Below, in pieces: positions 1 through 8,950 of a stretch of DNA of 64,000 bases. The position numbers and the translations under genes were made by a program. The notes beneath the pieces are model-generated. The model was not told where the DNA came from and made no database searches. It saw only the letters and a list, made by a program, of their open reading frames with translations. Where the stretch lies: contig CAIOGI010000006.1 of NCBI GenBank assembly GCA_903857825.1, forward strand, positions 25,132 through 89,131, given 5' to 3'. Each line of letters opens with the position of its first letter. Positions within the stretch are counted from its first letter, which is position 1. This stretch comes from Candidatus Tayloriibacteriota bacterium. GTDB lineage: Bacteria > Patescibacteriota > Minisyncoccia > Phycocordibacterales > PALSA-1337.

Positions 1-661
1 CAAGCTTCATTATTGATATTTCGTCTTTTGCTGTAAAGATAATCAATCGTATAGTATTGAATGTAATTATTATTGCAACAATAACAAAAATTATTGCCAA
101 TATTGAGCCTGTTTTCTCAACCGCAGGAATTATACGGCCTAGTCTATCAATAACTAATTTATTTTGATTATAATTGACCTTTTCTACGATACTCACACCC
201 TCTTTTGAAAATGAACTTTTACTATCTAGAAAATTGGCAATGCCAGAATATTGTGAAGGTTCTTTTGCTTTTATATTTAGTACAGCAGGGAAAGGATTTT
301 CACCGATCTCATCTAGTCCCTGAAGAATAGAAGTATTGTCTTTCCATTTATCTCGAAAATCTGCAAGCGCTTTATCACGAGAAACGTATTCCACCTTATC
401 CACTTCTGACAAATTTTCTATTACCTTTTTTAGGGCGATAATATCTGTCTCGTTTGAATCAAGTACAAAATATACATTTATATCAACCTTGTCTTTTACC
501 TCTCTCAATAATGTTCTACCGAATGCACTACCAAATATTAATCCACCAAAAATAAGTAAAGAGAGTGTTATAACAACAATAGCAGAAAAAGAAAGAAAGC
601 CATTTCTCCAAAAGTTTACAAAACCTGCTTTAATTATTCTTTTTAAATTTGTGAATATCAT
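1..661 (-). CDS. ftsX: Cell division permease-like protein FtsX, partial (C-terminus runs off the left edge of the window)
   Basis: Hand translation of the minus strand from ATG at 661 gives MIFTNLKRIIKAGFVNFWRNGFLSFSAIVVITLSLLIF... with no stop before position 1. This is a typical FtsX N-terminus and sits immediately downstream of ftsE. The listed + ORF 336..671 is its antisense. Confidence 0.8.
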   Translation of the reverse strand, partial: MIFTNLKRIIKAGFVNFWRNGFLSFSAIVVITLSLLIFGGLIFGSAFGRTLLREVKDKVDINVYFVLDSNETDIIALKKVIENLSEVDKVEYVSRDKALADFRDKWKDNTSILQGLDEIGENPFPAVLNIKAKEPSQYSGIANFLDSKSSFSKEGVSIVEKVNYNQNKLVIDRLGRIIPAVEKTGSILAIIFVIVAIIITFNTIRLIIFTAKDEISIMKL

Positions 662-682
662 GATTATATAAATAATATATTT

Positions 683-1363
683 CTATAAAACGTATTTGCC
701 TGCCTTATCATCTCGTATTATTTTACCTTTTTCCATAGTCAATACTCTTCCACCAACTTCATCTACAACTCCTTTGTTGTGTGTAGTCAATAAAACTGTT
801 GTACCCATTTTATGAATTTTCTGTAGTATTTTTATTATTTCATAAGTATTTATAGGGTCAAGATTACCTGTAGGCTCGTCGGCTATTATTATATCTGGTT
901 GAGTAACAATTGCTCTAGCTATAGCTACTCTTTGCTTTTCTCCTCCAGAAAGCTCATGCGGAAAACTCCATATTTTCTTTCCAAGATCTACTAACTCTAA
1001 TACATGTGGTACATCAGAATGAATTTCTGCATCAGTTCTACCAGCTGCTTCCATTACAAAGGCGATATTTTCATATGCTGTTTTATTGGGTATAAGACGA
1101 AAGTCTTGAAAAACTGTTCCGATTCTTCTTCGAAGCTTATTTATCTCTCTTTTCTTTAATTTGTTAATATTTGCAGACTCAAAAAATACTGAACCCTCGG
1201 ACGGTCTTTCTTCTGCTATAAGCATCTTTATTAAAGTACTTTTCCCAGCTCCAGAGTGCCCCACAATTGTAAGAAATTCATTTGGCTGAACACCAAAACT
1301 GACTTGATCAAGAGCAATACTTTCATCCGCATATATCTTTGAGACTTTATCGAAATAAATCAT
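683..1363 (-). CDS. ftsE: Cell division ATP-binding protein FtsE (ABC ATPase)
   Basis: Walker A GHSGAGKST, ABC signature LSGGEKQRVAIARA and Walker B IIIADEPTGNLD. The N-terminus MIYFDKVSKIY aligns with the FtsE start MIRFEHVSKAY, so the upstream 30 codons of the listed ORF are probably not translated. Confidence 0.9.
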   Translation of the reverse strand: MIYFDKVSKIYADESIALDQVSFGVQPNEFLTIVGHSGAGKSTLIKMLIAEERPSEGSVFFESANINKLKKREINKLRRRIGTVFQDFRLIPNKTAYENIAFVMEAAGRTDAEIHSDVPHVLELVDLGKKIWSFPHELSGGEKQRVAIARAIVTQPDIIIADEPTGNLDPINTYEIIKILQKIHKMGTTVLLTTHNKGVVDEVGGRVLTMEKGKIIRDDKAGKYVL

Positions 1364-1364
1364 G

Positions 1365-1500
1365 AATAGATTATACCACAAGGGTACTTCTATTTCACTA
1401 ATTCGCTGGGTACAGCTCATGTGAAATAAGTCGTGCCACAGGAGTACTTCCATTTTCTAATCGCTTCGCTCAAGAAAATTAGGTCGTACCACAAGTAATA
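1365..1500. repeat. Degenerate tandem repeat of about 55-57 bp, roughly 2.5 units, in the prfB-ftsE intergenic region
   Basis: Units ...taccacaagggtacttctatttcactaattcgctg... / ...tgccacaggagtacttccattttctaatcgcttcg... / ...tcgtaccacaagtaatattt... are visibly related by eye. Confidence 0.5.
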
Positions 1501-1511
1501 TTTAAATATAC

Positions 1512-1679
1512 AAAATTGGACTCGTCGACTTGCGCTCGGAAGTTCCTCTTTTTTTCACAAGTTCAAAAAAGTAGGACTTCCTCCTTACAGGAGCTGTACA
1601 CCTTTCACTTTTTGATTACAAAATGTTCAAGGTCTTGCGAAAGCTCCGCTTTCTCACACCGTGCCGAGTCTCAATTTTG
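1512..1679. repeat. Palindromic intergenic repeat element, copy A (extended variant, about 168 bp)
   Basis: Starts AAAATTGGACTCGTCGACTTGCGCTCGGA and ends CACCGTGCCGAGTCTCAATTTT, the same termini as copies at 4690, 29332, 52129 and 52647. It has an internal GGAAGTTCCTC-T7...A6-GTAGGACTTCC hairpin and sits directly 3' of prfB. Confidence 0.8.
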
Positions 1680-1683
1680 TTTT

Positions 1684-2565
1684 CTATAACATTCTTTCCC
1701 CTTCTATAAACTCATCGATATGCCCTTCCAAAACCTTTTCTATTTGTGAAGTTTCAATATTTGTCCTATGATCCTTTACCATTTTGTAAGGATGCATAAC
1801 ATAAGAGCGAATCTGATTCCCCCATTCAATAGAAGTTGTCTTACTGATATACAGTCCCTTTTCCTTGGCTATTCTTTCATCCTCTCTTAATTTAAATAGC
1901 TTTCCACGCAGAATATCCATTGCTTTTTCTTTGTTTTGAGCTTGTGATCTCTCCGAGGTAACATGTACTGAAAGCCCAGTCTCTTTGTGTACAATCCTTA
2001 CAGCTGTTTCTCTTTTGTTCACATTTTGGCCACCAGGTCCGCCTGACTTTGCTATAGAAATCTCAATATCTTTTTCAGGAAGATCCATATCTGCACTATT
2101 TGTTTTTTCAAATTTTGGTATTACTTCGACCATTGAAAAAGAAGTGTGTCGAAGTTGTTTAGCATTAAAAGGTGAAATACGCACAAGACGATGTACACCT
2201 GACTCATTCTTCAGATCTCCATATACATTTTTTCCGCTTATCTCAATAGTTATATTTCTGAAACCACCATGATCATTTTCGTTTGAATGTACGAGCTCCA
2301 TTCCCCAACCTTTTTTTTCTGAATATTTTCTATACATTCTATAAAGAATTGCTGAGAAATCCTCTGAGTCGTCACCTCCCGCTCCAGAAAATATAGTCAA
2401 GATTGCATTACCTTTATCAAACTTTCCAACACCTTCCAGTGAATTTTTTAAATCTGCTATTTCTTTTATCACTGCCTGCGCTTTGTTCTTATCAGCCCAA
2501 AAGTCAGTGCTTTGCATAGACATTTCCAATTCGTCAATCTTTTTCTGAATTTCCTCTTTTTGCAT
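1684..2565 (-). CDS. prfB: Peptide chain release factor 2 (short form)
   Basis: GGQ motif (SGGPGGQNVNKRETAVR) and the RF2-specific SPF tripeptide (RISPFNAKQLRHTSF). The N-terminal domain is much shorter than in E. coli RF2. Confidence 0.85.
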   Translation of the reverse strand: MQKEEIQKKIDELEMSMQSTDFWADKNKAQAVIKEIADLKNSLEGVGKFDKGNAILTIFSGAGGDDSEDFSAILYRMYRKYSEKKGWGMELVHSNENDHGGFRNITIEISGKNVYGDLKNESGVHRLVRISPFNAKQLRHTSFSMVEVIPKFEKTNSADMDLPEKDIEISIAKSGGPGGQNVNKRETAVRIVHKETGLSVHVTSERSQAQNKEKAMDILRGKLFKLREDERIAKEKGLYISKTTSIEWGNQIRSYVMHPYKMVKDHRTNIETSQIEKVLEGHIDEFIEGERML

Positions 2566-2763
2566 TAGTTTAGTGTATAAGAAAAAAGGGCAAAAGAAAA
2601 GCCGAGAGGGTGAACTACCTTCACATTAAGATGGGGATGAATCTGTATTTTGAAGTGTTAGAGACGCAACACAACAACTACATCCATTCACGGGCTCAAG
2701 AGCCTAACCAGCCCCAAACTTACCTCTCGACTATTCATCTATCATATCATGTATTCATTCCTG

Positions 2764-2834
2764 AGCCAAATGTGAGAATCGGACTCACATTCCCGCTTTA
2801 CGAAAGCGGTGTTCTACCATTGAACTAATTTGGC
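2764..2834 (-). tRNA. tRNA-Thr (anticodon CGT), 71 nt, no encoded CCA
   Basis: Hand fold of the minus strand gives acceptor GCCAAAT/ATTTGGC (7 bp), D arm GTTC-AATGGTA-GAAC, anticodon stem CCGCT/AGCGG with loop TTCGTAA and T arm GTGAG-TCCGATT-CTCAC. The listed + ORF 2610..2828 overlaps it and is spurious. Confidence 0.85.
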
Positions 2835-3101
2835 AAAAGGTGCCACTGAAATCCGAGACAAGTACACCTCGTTATAGTTACGGGCACTCACTCCGGAGAC
2901 ATGGTATGTTTGGCCCATGCCAGAGTTACTTATGTCTCACAGCCTAGGTATTGTAACCAATTATGCCGAAAGACTTCAGTGGCTTTTTTATATTAACATT
3001 TTATATTCAATTTGCCATTAATCTTTTTACATCTCACCTCCCTGTCACCTCCCTAGCCAAAACTTCATTTTTCTGATACAGTAAAAAACACAAACACTAG
3101 T

Positions 3102-4640
3102 ATGACAAAGGTAATTAAGGACAATTCAGCTAAATTAATTAAACGACCCCCAGTTGTAGTTATTATGGGTCATATTGACCATGGTAAGTCAACACTTCTA
3201 GATTATATACGAAAAGCAAATATTGTTGACGGTGAAGCTGGAGGTATCACCCAACATCTCGGCGCATACGAAGTAAATCACAAAACCAGCGAAGGAAAAG
3301 AAGGTAGAATAACTTTTCTTGACACACCAGGCCACGAAGCCTTCTGCAGTATAAGAGAGCGAGGTGCTCAAGTTGCTGATGTTGCCATACTCGTTGTCTC
3401 TGCCGAGGATGGAGTGAAGCCACAGACTCTTGAAGCATTAAAATGCATTTTGCTAGAAAAAATTCCATATGTAGTAGCAATAAATAAAATTGATAAAGCC
3501 GGAGCAGATATAGAAAAAACAAAGCAGAGCCTTGCAGAGAATGAGGTATATGTTGAAGGTTATGGTGGAGATATTCCTGTATGTGCAATTTCTGCTTTAA
3601 ATGGTGAAGGAATCGCAAATTTATTGGATATAGTCCTACTAGTCACTGATATGCTAGATCTAAAAGCAGATACGAATGCTAAAGCAGAGGGTTCTATAAT
3701 AGAAGCAAAACTCGACAGCAAAAAAGGAATTTCAGCAACATTACTGATTAAAAATGGAACTTTAGAATCAGGTCAGTTCGTTGTTGCAGGAGATTCTCTA
3801 TCCCCAGTTAGAATATTCGAAGACTATCAAGGTAAAGCTATAAAAAAAGCTAGCTTTTCAAGTCCAGTGAAAGTTATTGGTTTTAATAAAATACCAATAG
3901 TTGGAAGTAGATTTGTCACCTGTCTTAATAAAAAAGAGGCTGAAGAAACTGCAAAGAACTTTACAGAAACACACAAAGCAAAAGCTAGCGTGAATAGCTC
4001 ATATACCAGAAGAGATGAAAACGACACAACTGTAATTATCCCAATTATCATTAAAGCTGATGTTGTGGGAAGTCTCGAAGGCATAAAGCATGAATTAGTA
4101 AAGATAAAAAATGAAAAAGTAAAGATAAAAATAGTTTCAGAAAGTATTGGTAATATAAATGAAAATGATGTAAAGACTGTTCAGGGCGATCCAAATATTA
4201 TAATAGTAAGTTTCAATACAAGAATAGACTCAAAAGCTCAAGGGACAATAGAAAGGTCAAATATTAAAATAAAATCCTTCGACATAATATACAATCTAGT
4301 TCAATTCTTAAAAGACGAAGTTACTTCAAAAATTCCAAAAGAATATATTGATGAAATATCAGGAACTGCCAAAATTTTAGCCATTTTCAACAAAAGTAAA
4401 GACAAACAAATACTAGGTGGAAAAGTACAAATTGGCACACTCAATATAGGTTCTGAAGTAAAAATACTTCGTCGAGATATGGAAATAGGCAGAGGAAGGA
4501 TAAAAGAGCTTCAATTACAAAAAGTTAAGGCAACTGAGGTAAATGAGGGCTATGAATTTGGTTGTATGATAGAGTCAAAGATCGAGATCGCTCTCGGTGA
4601 CAAGGTGCAGGGATTTGTCACTGTGGAGAAGAAAGTGTAA
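3102..4640 (+). CDS. infB: Translation initiation factor IF-2 (short form lacking a long N-terminal region)
   Basis: G domain motifs VVIMGHIDHGKSTLLD, DTPGHEAF and NKIDK; rbfA is directly downstream. Confidence 0.9.
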   Translation: MTKVIKDNSAKLIKRPPVVVIMGHIDHGKSTLLDYIRKANIVDGEAGGITQHLGAYEVNHKTSEGKEGRITFLDTPGHEAFCSIRERGAQVADVAILVVSAEDGVKPQTLEALKCILLEKIPYVVAINKIDKAGADIEKTKQSLAENEVYVEGYGGDIPVCAISALNGEGIANLLDIVLLVTDMLDLKADTNAKAEGSIIEAKLDSKKGISATLLIKNGTLESGQFVVAGDSLSPVRIFEDYQGKAIKKASFSSPVKVIGFNKIPIVGSRFVTCLNKKEAEETAKNFTETHKAKASVNSSYTRRDENDTTVIIPIIIKADVVGSLEGIKHELVKIKNEKVKIKIVSESIGNINENDVKTVQGDPNIIIVSFNTRIDSKAQGTIERSNIKIKSFDIIYNLVQFLKDEVTSKIPKEYIDEISGTAKILAIFNKSKDKQILGGKVQIGTLNIGSEVKILRRDMEIGRGRIKELQLQKVKATEVNEGYEFGCMIESKIEIALGDKVQGFVTVEKKV

Positions 4641-4689
4641 TATGAGTAATAAGAAAATTGGACTTGTCGAGAAATTGTATTGAGTAAAC

Positions 4690-4781
4690 AAAATTGAGAC
4701 TCGACGCGGTGAGGAAGTCTTTTATTTTAGCTCTGCTACAAATAAAAGAGCTTCCGAGCGCAAGCAAGCGAGTCCAATTTT
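4690..4781. repeat. Palindromic intergenic repeat element, copy B (reverse orientation)
   Basis: AAAATTGAGACTCGACGCGGTGAGGAAGTCTTTTATTTTAGCTCTGCTACAAATAAAAGAGCTTCCGAGCGCAAGCAAGCGAGTCCAATTTT is the reverse complement of the copy C/D consensus, with compensatory changes in the central stem. A partial half-copy lies at 4654..4677. Confidence 0.8.
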
Positions 4782-4796
4782 GTGAGATAAAATAAT

Positions 4797-5129
4797 ATGT
4801 CATCATCAAGAGAACAAAAATTAAAAGATATAATAAAAGAAGCAGCAGCTGAGTTCCTTCAGCGTGAATCAAATCACATTTCCCTATTAACAGTAACCGA
4901 TGTTTCTCTTTCAGATCGCTGCAATCAAGCCACAATATTCTTTACAGTCCTTCCTCAGGACAAGGAAAAAGGTGCATTAGATTTCGTAAAGAGAAAGCGT
5001 GCAGAATTTAGAGAATATTTTAAAAGCAAAGCAAGAATGCGTGCACTTCCCTTTTTTGATTTTGAAATTGATAATGGAGAGAAGAATCGTCAAAGAATAG
5101 ACGAAATAGCTAGAAATGTTATAGAATAG
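4797..5129 (+). CDS. rbfA: Ribosome-binding factor A
   Basis: About 110 aa, directly after infB (a conserved gene order); LLTVTDVSLSDRCNQATIFFTVL resembles the RbfA core. Confidence 0.75.
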   Translation: MSSSREQKLKDIIKEAAAEFLQRESNHISLLTVTDVSLSDRCNQATIFFTVLPQDKEKGALDFVKRKRAEFREYFKSKARMRALPFFDFEIDNGEKNRQRIDEIARNVIE

Positions 5130-5137
5130 CAAGAGTC

Positions 5138-5211
5138 GGCGTAGTGGCGAAGTTGGTTAACGCAGCAGTTTGCAAAACTGCCATTCACCGGTTCGAGCCC
5201 GGTCTACGCCT
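5138..5211 (+). tRNA. tRNA-Cys (anticodon GCA), 74 nt, no encoded CCA
   Basis: Acceptor GGCGTAG/CTACGCC, anticodon stem GCAGT/ACTGC with loop TTGCAAA and T arm ACCGG-TTCGAGC-CCGGT. Confidence 0.85.
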
Positions 5212-5226
5212 CCCAAATTATTAATT

Positions 5227-5913
5227 ATGAAAAATCAAGATGACATTGATCCAAATGTCTTTTGGTATATTGTTGGATACATCGCAACTGATGGTTCACT
5301 GAGCAAAGATGGAAGGCATGTATCGATCACGTCAAAAGACCATGAACATTTAGAAAAAATCAAGAAAGAGCTTGGTATTACTTCTAAAATTACAAAAAAA
5401 TGTCGTGCCCGAGGAAAAGAAAAAATATATTCGGTAATACAGATAGGTGGCATATCAAATTATCGTTTCCTTAATTCTATTGGTATGTATTCCAGAAAGA
5501 CATGGAATATGGGTCCAATCAAGATTGACGAAAAGTTATTTGGTGATTTTCTAAGAGGTGTTATAGATGGTGATGGATGTATTTATTCTTGGAAGAATAA
5601 GAGCAATAATCATAAACAATGGTCTTTGAGAATTTCTGGAACAGCACCAAAGTTTATTGAATGGTTATTTGAGCACATACAGACAACTTTTATGGTACAA
5701 GGTAGATTACATATTGACAAAAGAAATAATCGATCAGATACATACATAATTAAATTTGGTAAATTAGCCACTCAACGTATATTGAGAGACATTTATTATG
5801 AAGATTGTTTCTGTTTAGATAGAAAATTAGTTAAAGCGAATGAGTGCTTGCAAGATGAAGCAAAGATGATAAAGTATGGTGGAGTAATATGCTCGGGTGG
5901 CGAAACTGGTTAG
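5227..5913 (+). CDS. LAGLIDADG-family homing endonuclease (two-motif, monomeric type)
   Basis: Two LAGLIDADG motifs: FWYIVGYIATDGSLS and LRGVIDGDGCIY. The listed ORF start 5170 lies inside tRNA-Cys, so the start is more likely MKNQDD at 5227. The 3' end overlaps tRNA-Leu by about 23 nt. Confidence 0.75.
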   Translation: MKNQDDIDPNVFWYIVGYIATDGSLSKDGRHVSITSKDHEHLEKIKKELGITSKITKKCRARGKEKIYSVIQIGGISNYRFLNSIGMYSRKTWNMGPIKIDEKLFGDFLRGVIDGDGCIYSWKNKSNNHKQWSLRISGTAPKFIEWLFEHIQTTFMVQGRLHIDKRNNRSDTYIIKFGKLATQRILRDIYYEDCFCLDRKLVKANECLQDEAKMIKYGGVICSGGETG

Positions 5914-5975
5914 ACGCAAAAGACTTAAAATCTTTCGACCGAAAGGTTATGCGGGTTCGACTCCCGCCCCGAGCA
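5891..5975 (+). tRNA. tRNA-Leu (anticodon TAA), 85 nt with long variable arm
   Basis: Acceptor GCTCGGG/CCCGAGC, anticodon stem AAAGA/TCTTT with loop CTTAAAA, variable arm CGACCGAAAGGTTAT and T arm GCGGG-TTCGACT-CCCGC. Confidence 0.85.
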
Positions 5976-6121
5976 CTGATCTGTGCCCCATAAAAGTAAC
6001 CCCTATTTACCAGTTTTTTGCTGTTTTCTGCTTGTTTGTATTTGTTTTACATAGTAAAATATAGTGTAGTATTGATTTTGTATTTTAGATTCAATTTTAT
6101 TATTAGTTAATTTTATATACA

Positions 6122-8926
6122 ATGGAACATTTACCATTACTAGCAGAAAAGAAAAGATATGAGGAATTATCAGGTGCTGAAAAACTAAAAGTTTTACAAA
6201 AACTTTACCTTGAGCAAACGGGTAAAAAACTTATGAATGTTTCTAGCGCTAATGAACCTGAATATATGAATCCCGTAGGAAAAGCTCCGGGAAGGTATGT
6301 AAGAGTAAGACCATATGAAGGAAGAGAGGCATTAGTTATGTTACCATCTGAGAATGTAGATGAGATAGATGGAACTCCGCCAGAAAACCAAACTTCTGAA
6401 ACAACAGCAGAAGAACCTTCGACAGATACTGTTGCTAAAGATACTATACAAACGCAAGGAATACAGACACCCACTTCACCGTTTTCTGAAATAAACGAAC
6501 CTAAACCGGACGTTCAAAATGAACCCATACCAACAACCGCGACTGGAAAAGAAAATTTGCCATATCAAATGTTTGATAATATTGGTCTTGGCTTTAATTA
6601 CGGCAAAGCTGGTGAAGGTCAGCAAATGGCAGATGAAGACAAACTGGAACTAGCTAATACAAGATGGCAAGTAAAACCTGATATTGCTTTAACAGAATCA
6701 GGTTCGGCTGACAAAATAGAAGATCCAAAAGAAAAAGCAGAAACCAAAGAACAATCTCCAAATACAGAAAAATTTCTATCTCCAGAAGATATTGCTAAAG
6801 AAATAGATGCATTTGAAATCAAAGAAGGAAATTCTATTGTCTTTCACTATGCGGACAAAGACAGTAAAGTAAAAATTATAAGGATAGATGGTGGAAGCAT
6901 TATATATAAAAGCTTTCTTAATCGCAAAGGCACTAATGAAGAAACGGCGAGTAATGAAAAGTCCTATGATAAAGACGGGGAAAGTTTTAAACGCGAACTC
7001 AAAGATCTTTTAGTTAATAAAGATGAGAAAATTATAAGCATTACCATAACAACTGCTGATAATTCAGAAAAAATAGATGATGGGCAGACTACAGAAGAGG
7101 TGTCACCTAAAGAATTTACTGCGGAAAAACTTCATATTGAAGATATTGCTAATGGATCAAAAAGAGTAAAAATTGAAGGTATGAATAGTGCTGGTGTAAC
7201 TACAACTTACACTCTACACAAAGGCACTCGTGCTGGAAAACCATTTTACTCAATTAAGACAGTAAATAGAGTAGCTTCTGGTTCAATACACCATGATAGT
7301 ACAGATGAACTTTTGAAATATCTTAATAACGACAAACTTACAAATGTTGTGATTAGTAGTGAAGAAGTAGTAATGCTGGAACCTGAAAAAGAAAAAGAAG
7401 TGCCTGATGAACCAGGACCTACTCCATCATTGGCAGGAGACCAACCCGTTAAACCTACACCGCAAGCTCCAAGTGGTACAGTTCCATTATCATCATTGTT
7501 TCCTGGAGGGGCAGTAGACTTTGGAACATTCAAACAAGCAACAGCAAAGACCGAACCTGCTACATCATTACCAGGAGACCGACCCGTTAAACCTACACCG
7601 CAAGCTCCAAGTGGTACAGTTACATTATCATCAATGTTTCCTGGAGGAGGAGTAGTGGACTTTAAGAAAGAAGAAGGACTATACGAAAAAGCAACACTTG
7701 CAGATATCAGACTAAGCTCAAAAAATAAAAGCTTTTTTGGTAAAATGTCAAAATTTGCACAGTCAATAGCGTTAAAACTCTATGAAGGCTCGGGAGTTAG
7801 TGACTTAGTTGCTAAATTTAGTATATGGAATGAGCAAGGCGGGATAAACGCTTTTGAAAAAATAGCAGTAACAAGAAAGGAAGAGATTGATGAAATTGAA
7901 CTTTTAAGCAAAGCTTTAGACCAGTCAAGGATAGCTATAAACAGTTCGATAGCATCACTTAAAGCAAAAGGATTATCAGGCGCTGAATCTCTTCAGATTG
8001 AACTTAGAAATATAGATAATGAAAAGAAAAAAATAGAAACAAGAAAAGATAGAATTAAAACTAAATTTGATAAAGCATACAATACAGCAAAAGTTTATTC
8101 AAATGATCGTGATGCCATAGCAAATAGAGTCATTGATCGATACAATGAAAAACTAGCACCGATAGAAGAACACTTAGAAACTCTTCAGGAGCAAAGAGTA
8201 AAACTCGAGATTCTTACCGTAGCAAGTCAAGAAGAATATGCACTCAAGCAAGAAGAAATTGATAGTTTAGTAGCAGAAAGAAATAACGAGGTTGAAAGAT
8301 TAAAAAATGCATCTAAAATAGTGATAACTGGTGCCCTTAAGAGACTTGATGGGAACATCAATTCAATACGAGAAAGTATAAAACTAGGTAGAGAAAAGTT
8401 GGAGGAAGAAAAAGTTGAAATAAATCGTCAAATTGCCAAAGCTGAAGAAAGAGCAAATCCATACAGAACAAGGAGGAATGAATTTACAAGAATGAAATCC
8501 CCTCTTATTGATATAAATGTGCCACCGATTTCAATAGAAAAAGATAGCAGGAAATTAAATGATATAGGAATCAGAACGGGAGGTGTTGTTGATACTAGTT
8601 TGCAACCAGAAATAAGTGTGACGCCAGAAACTCCCCCTGATGTGAAAAGATATGGTAAAGAGTGGGTGTCTATATCTAGCCATATCGGAGGCTGGAACAA
8701 ATATATAGAAGGGATAAAAGACGCCAACATAAATAAAGACCTATTCAAAATAGATATTAAAGGGTTATATTTCAATCATCCCAGGATAACTGGTGATCAA
8801 CTAGTTAGACGTGAGGCATTCCTCAAAACTCTTCAGATTCATATGGAAGCAATAGCAAAAAAGAATAGGGGCAGCCTTACCACTGAGACGATAAAGAAGG
8901 TTATCGCCGATTTTCCTAAAAATTAA
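6122..8926 (+). CDS. Large hypothetical protein (934 aa) with an acidic, T/P/E-rich N-terminal half, an internal tandem repeat and a C-terminal coiled-coil region
   Basis: Long ORF. An approximately 85-bp direct DNA repeat at about 7426..7510 and 7561..7645 encodes ...GD(Q/R)PVKPTPQAPSGTV(P/T)LSS(L/M)FPGG.... Heptad-like K/E-rich segments follow. No recognisable catalytic motif. Confidence 0.5.
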   Translation: MEHLPLLAEKKRYEELSGAEKLKVLQKLYLEQTGKKLMNVSSANEPEYMNPVGKAPGRYVRVRPYEGREALVMLPSENVDEIDGTPPENQTSETTAEEPSTDTVAKDTIQTQGIQTPTSPFSEINEPKPDVQNEPIPTTATGKENLPYQMFDNIGLGFNYGKAGEGQQMADEDKLELANTRWQVKPDIALTESGSADKIEDPKEKAETKEQSPNTEKFLSPEDIAKEIDAFEIKEGNSIVFHYADKDSKVKIIRIDGGSIIYKSFLNRKGTNEETASNEKSYDKDGESFKRELKDLLVNKDEKIISITITTADNSEKIDDGQTTEEVSPKEFTAEKLHIEDIANGSKRVKIEGMNSAGVTTTYTLHKGTRAGKPFYSIKTVNRVASGSIHHDSTDELLKYLNNDKLTNVVISSEEVVMLEPEKEKEVPDEPGPTPSLAGDQPVKPTPQAPSGTVPLSSLFPGGAVDFGTFKQATAKTEPATSLPGDRPVKPTPQAPSGTVTLSSMFPGGGVVDFKKEEGLYEKATLADIRLSSKNKSFFGKMSKFAQSIALKLYEGSGVSDLVAKFSIWNEQGGINAFEKIAVTRKEEIDEIELLSKALDQSRIAINSSIASLKAKGLSGAESLQIELRNIDNEKKKIETRKDRIKTKFDKAYNTAKVYSNDRDAIANRVIDRYNEKLAPIEEHLETLQEQRVKLEILTVASQEEYALKQEEIDSLVAERNNEVERLKNASKIVITGALKRLDGNINSIRESIKLGREKLEEEKVEINRQIAKAEERANPYRTRRNEFTRMKSPLIDINVPPISIEKDSRKLNDIGIRTGGVVDTSLQPEISVTPETPPDVKRYGKEWVSISSHIGGWNKYIEGIKDANINKDLFKIDIKGLYFNHPRITGDQLVRREAFLKTLQIHMEAIAKKNRGSLTTETIKKVIADFPKN

Positions 8927-8950
8927 TCATTTATTAAAATAATCAATAAT

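Noticed and set aside
336-671. 111-aa + strand ORF
   Set aside because: It is the antisense of the ftsX coding sequence, which I translated by hand from 661 down to 1 with FtsX-like sequence and no stops.
2566-2700. Programmed +1 frameshift site of prfB (CTT TGA C with upstream SD-like element)
   Set aside because: I searched the minus strand upstream of the prfB start. There is no CTTTGAC and no upstream in-frame ATG before a TAA, so a frameshift exon cannot be supported.
2610-2828. 72-aa + strand ORF
   Set aside because: It overlaps a convincingly folded tRNA-Thr(CGT) on the opposite strand (2764..2834), and there is no RBS.
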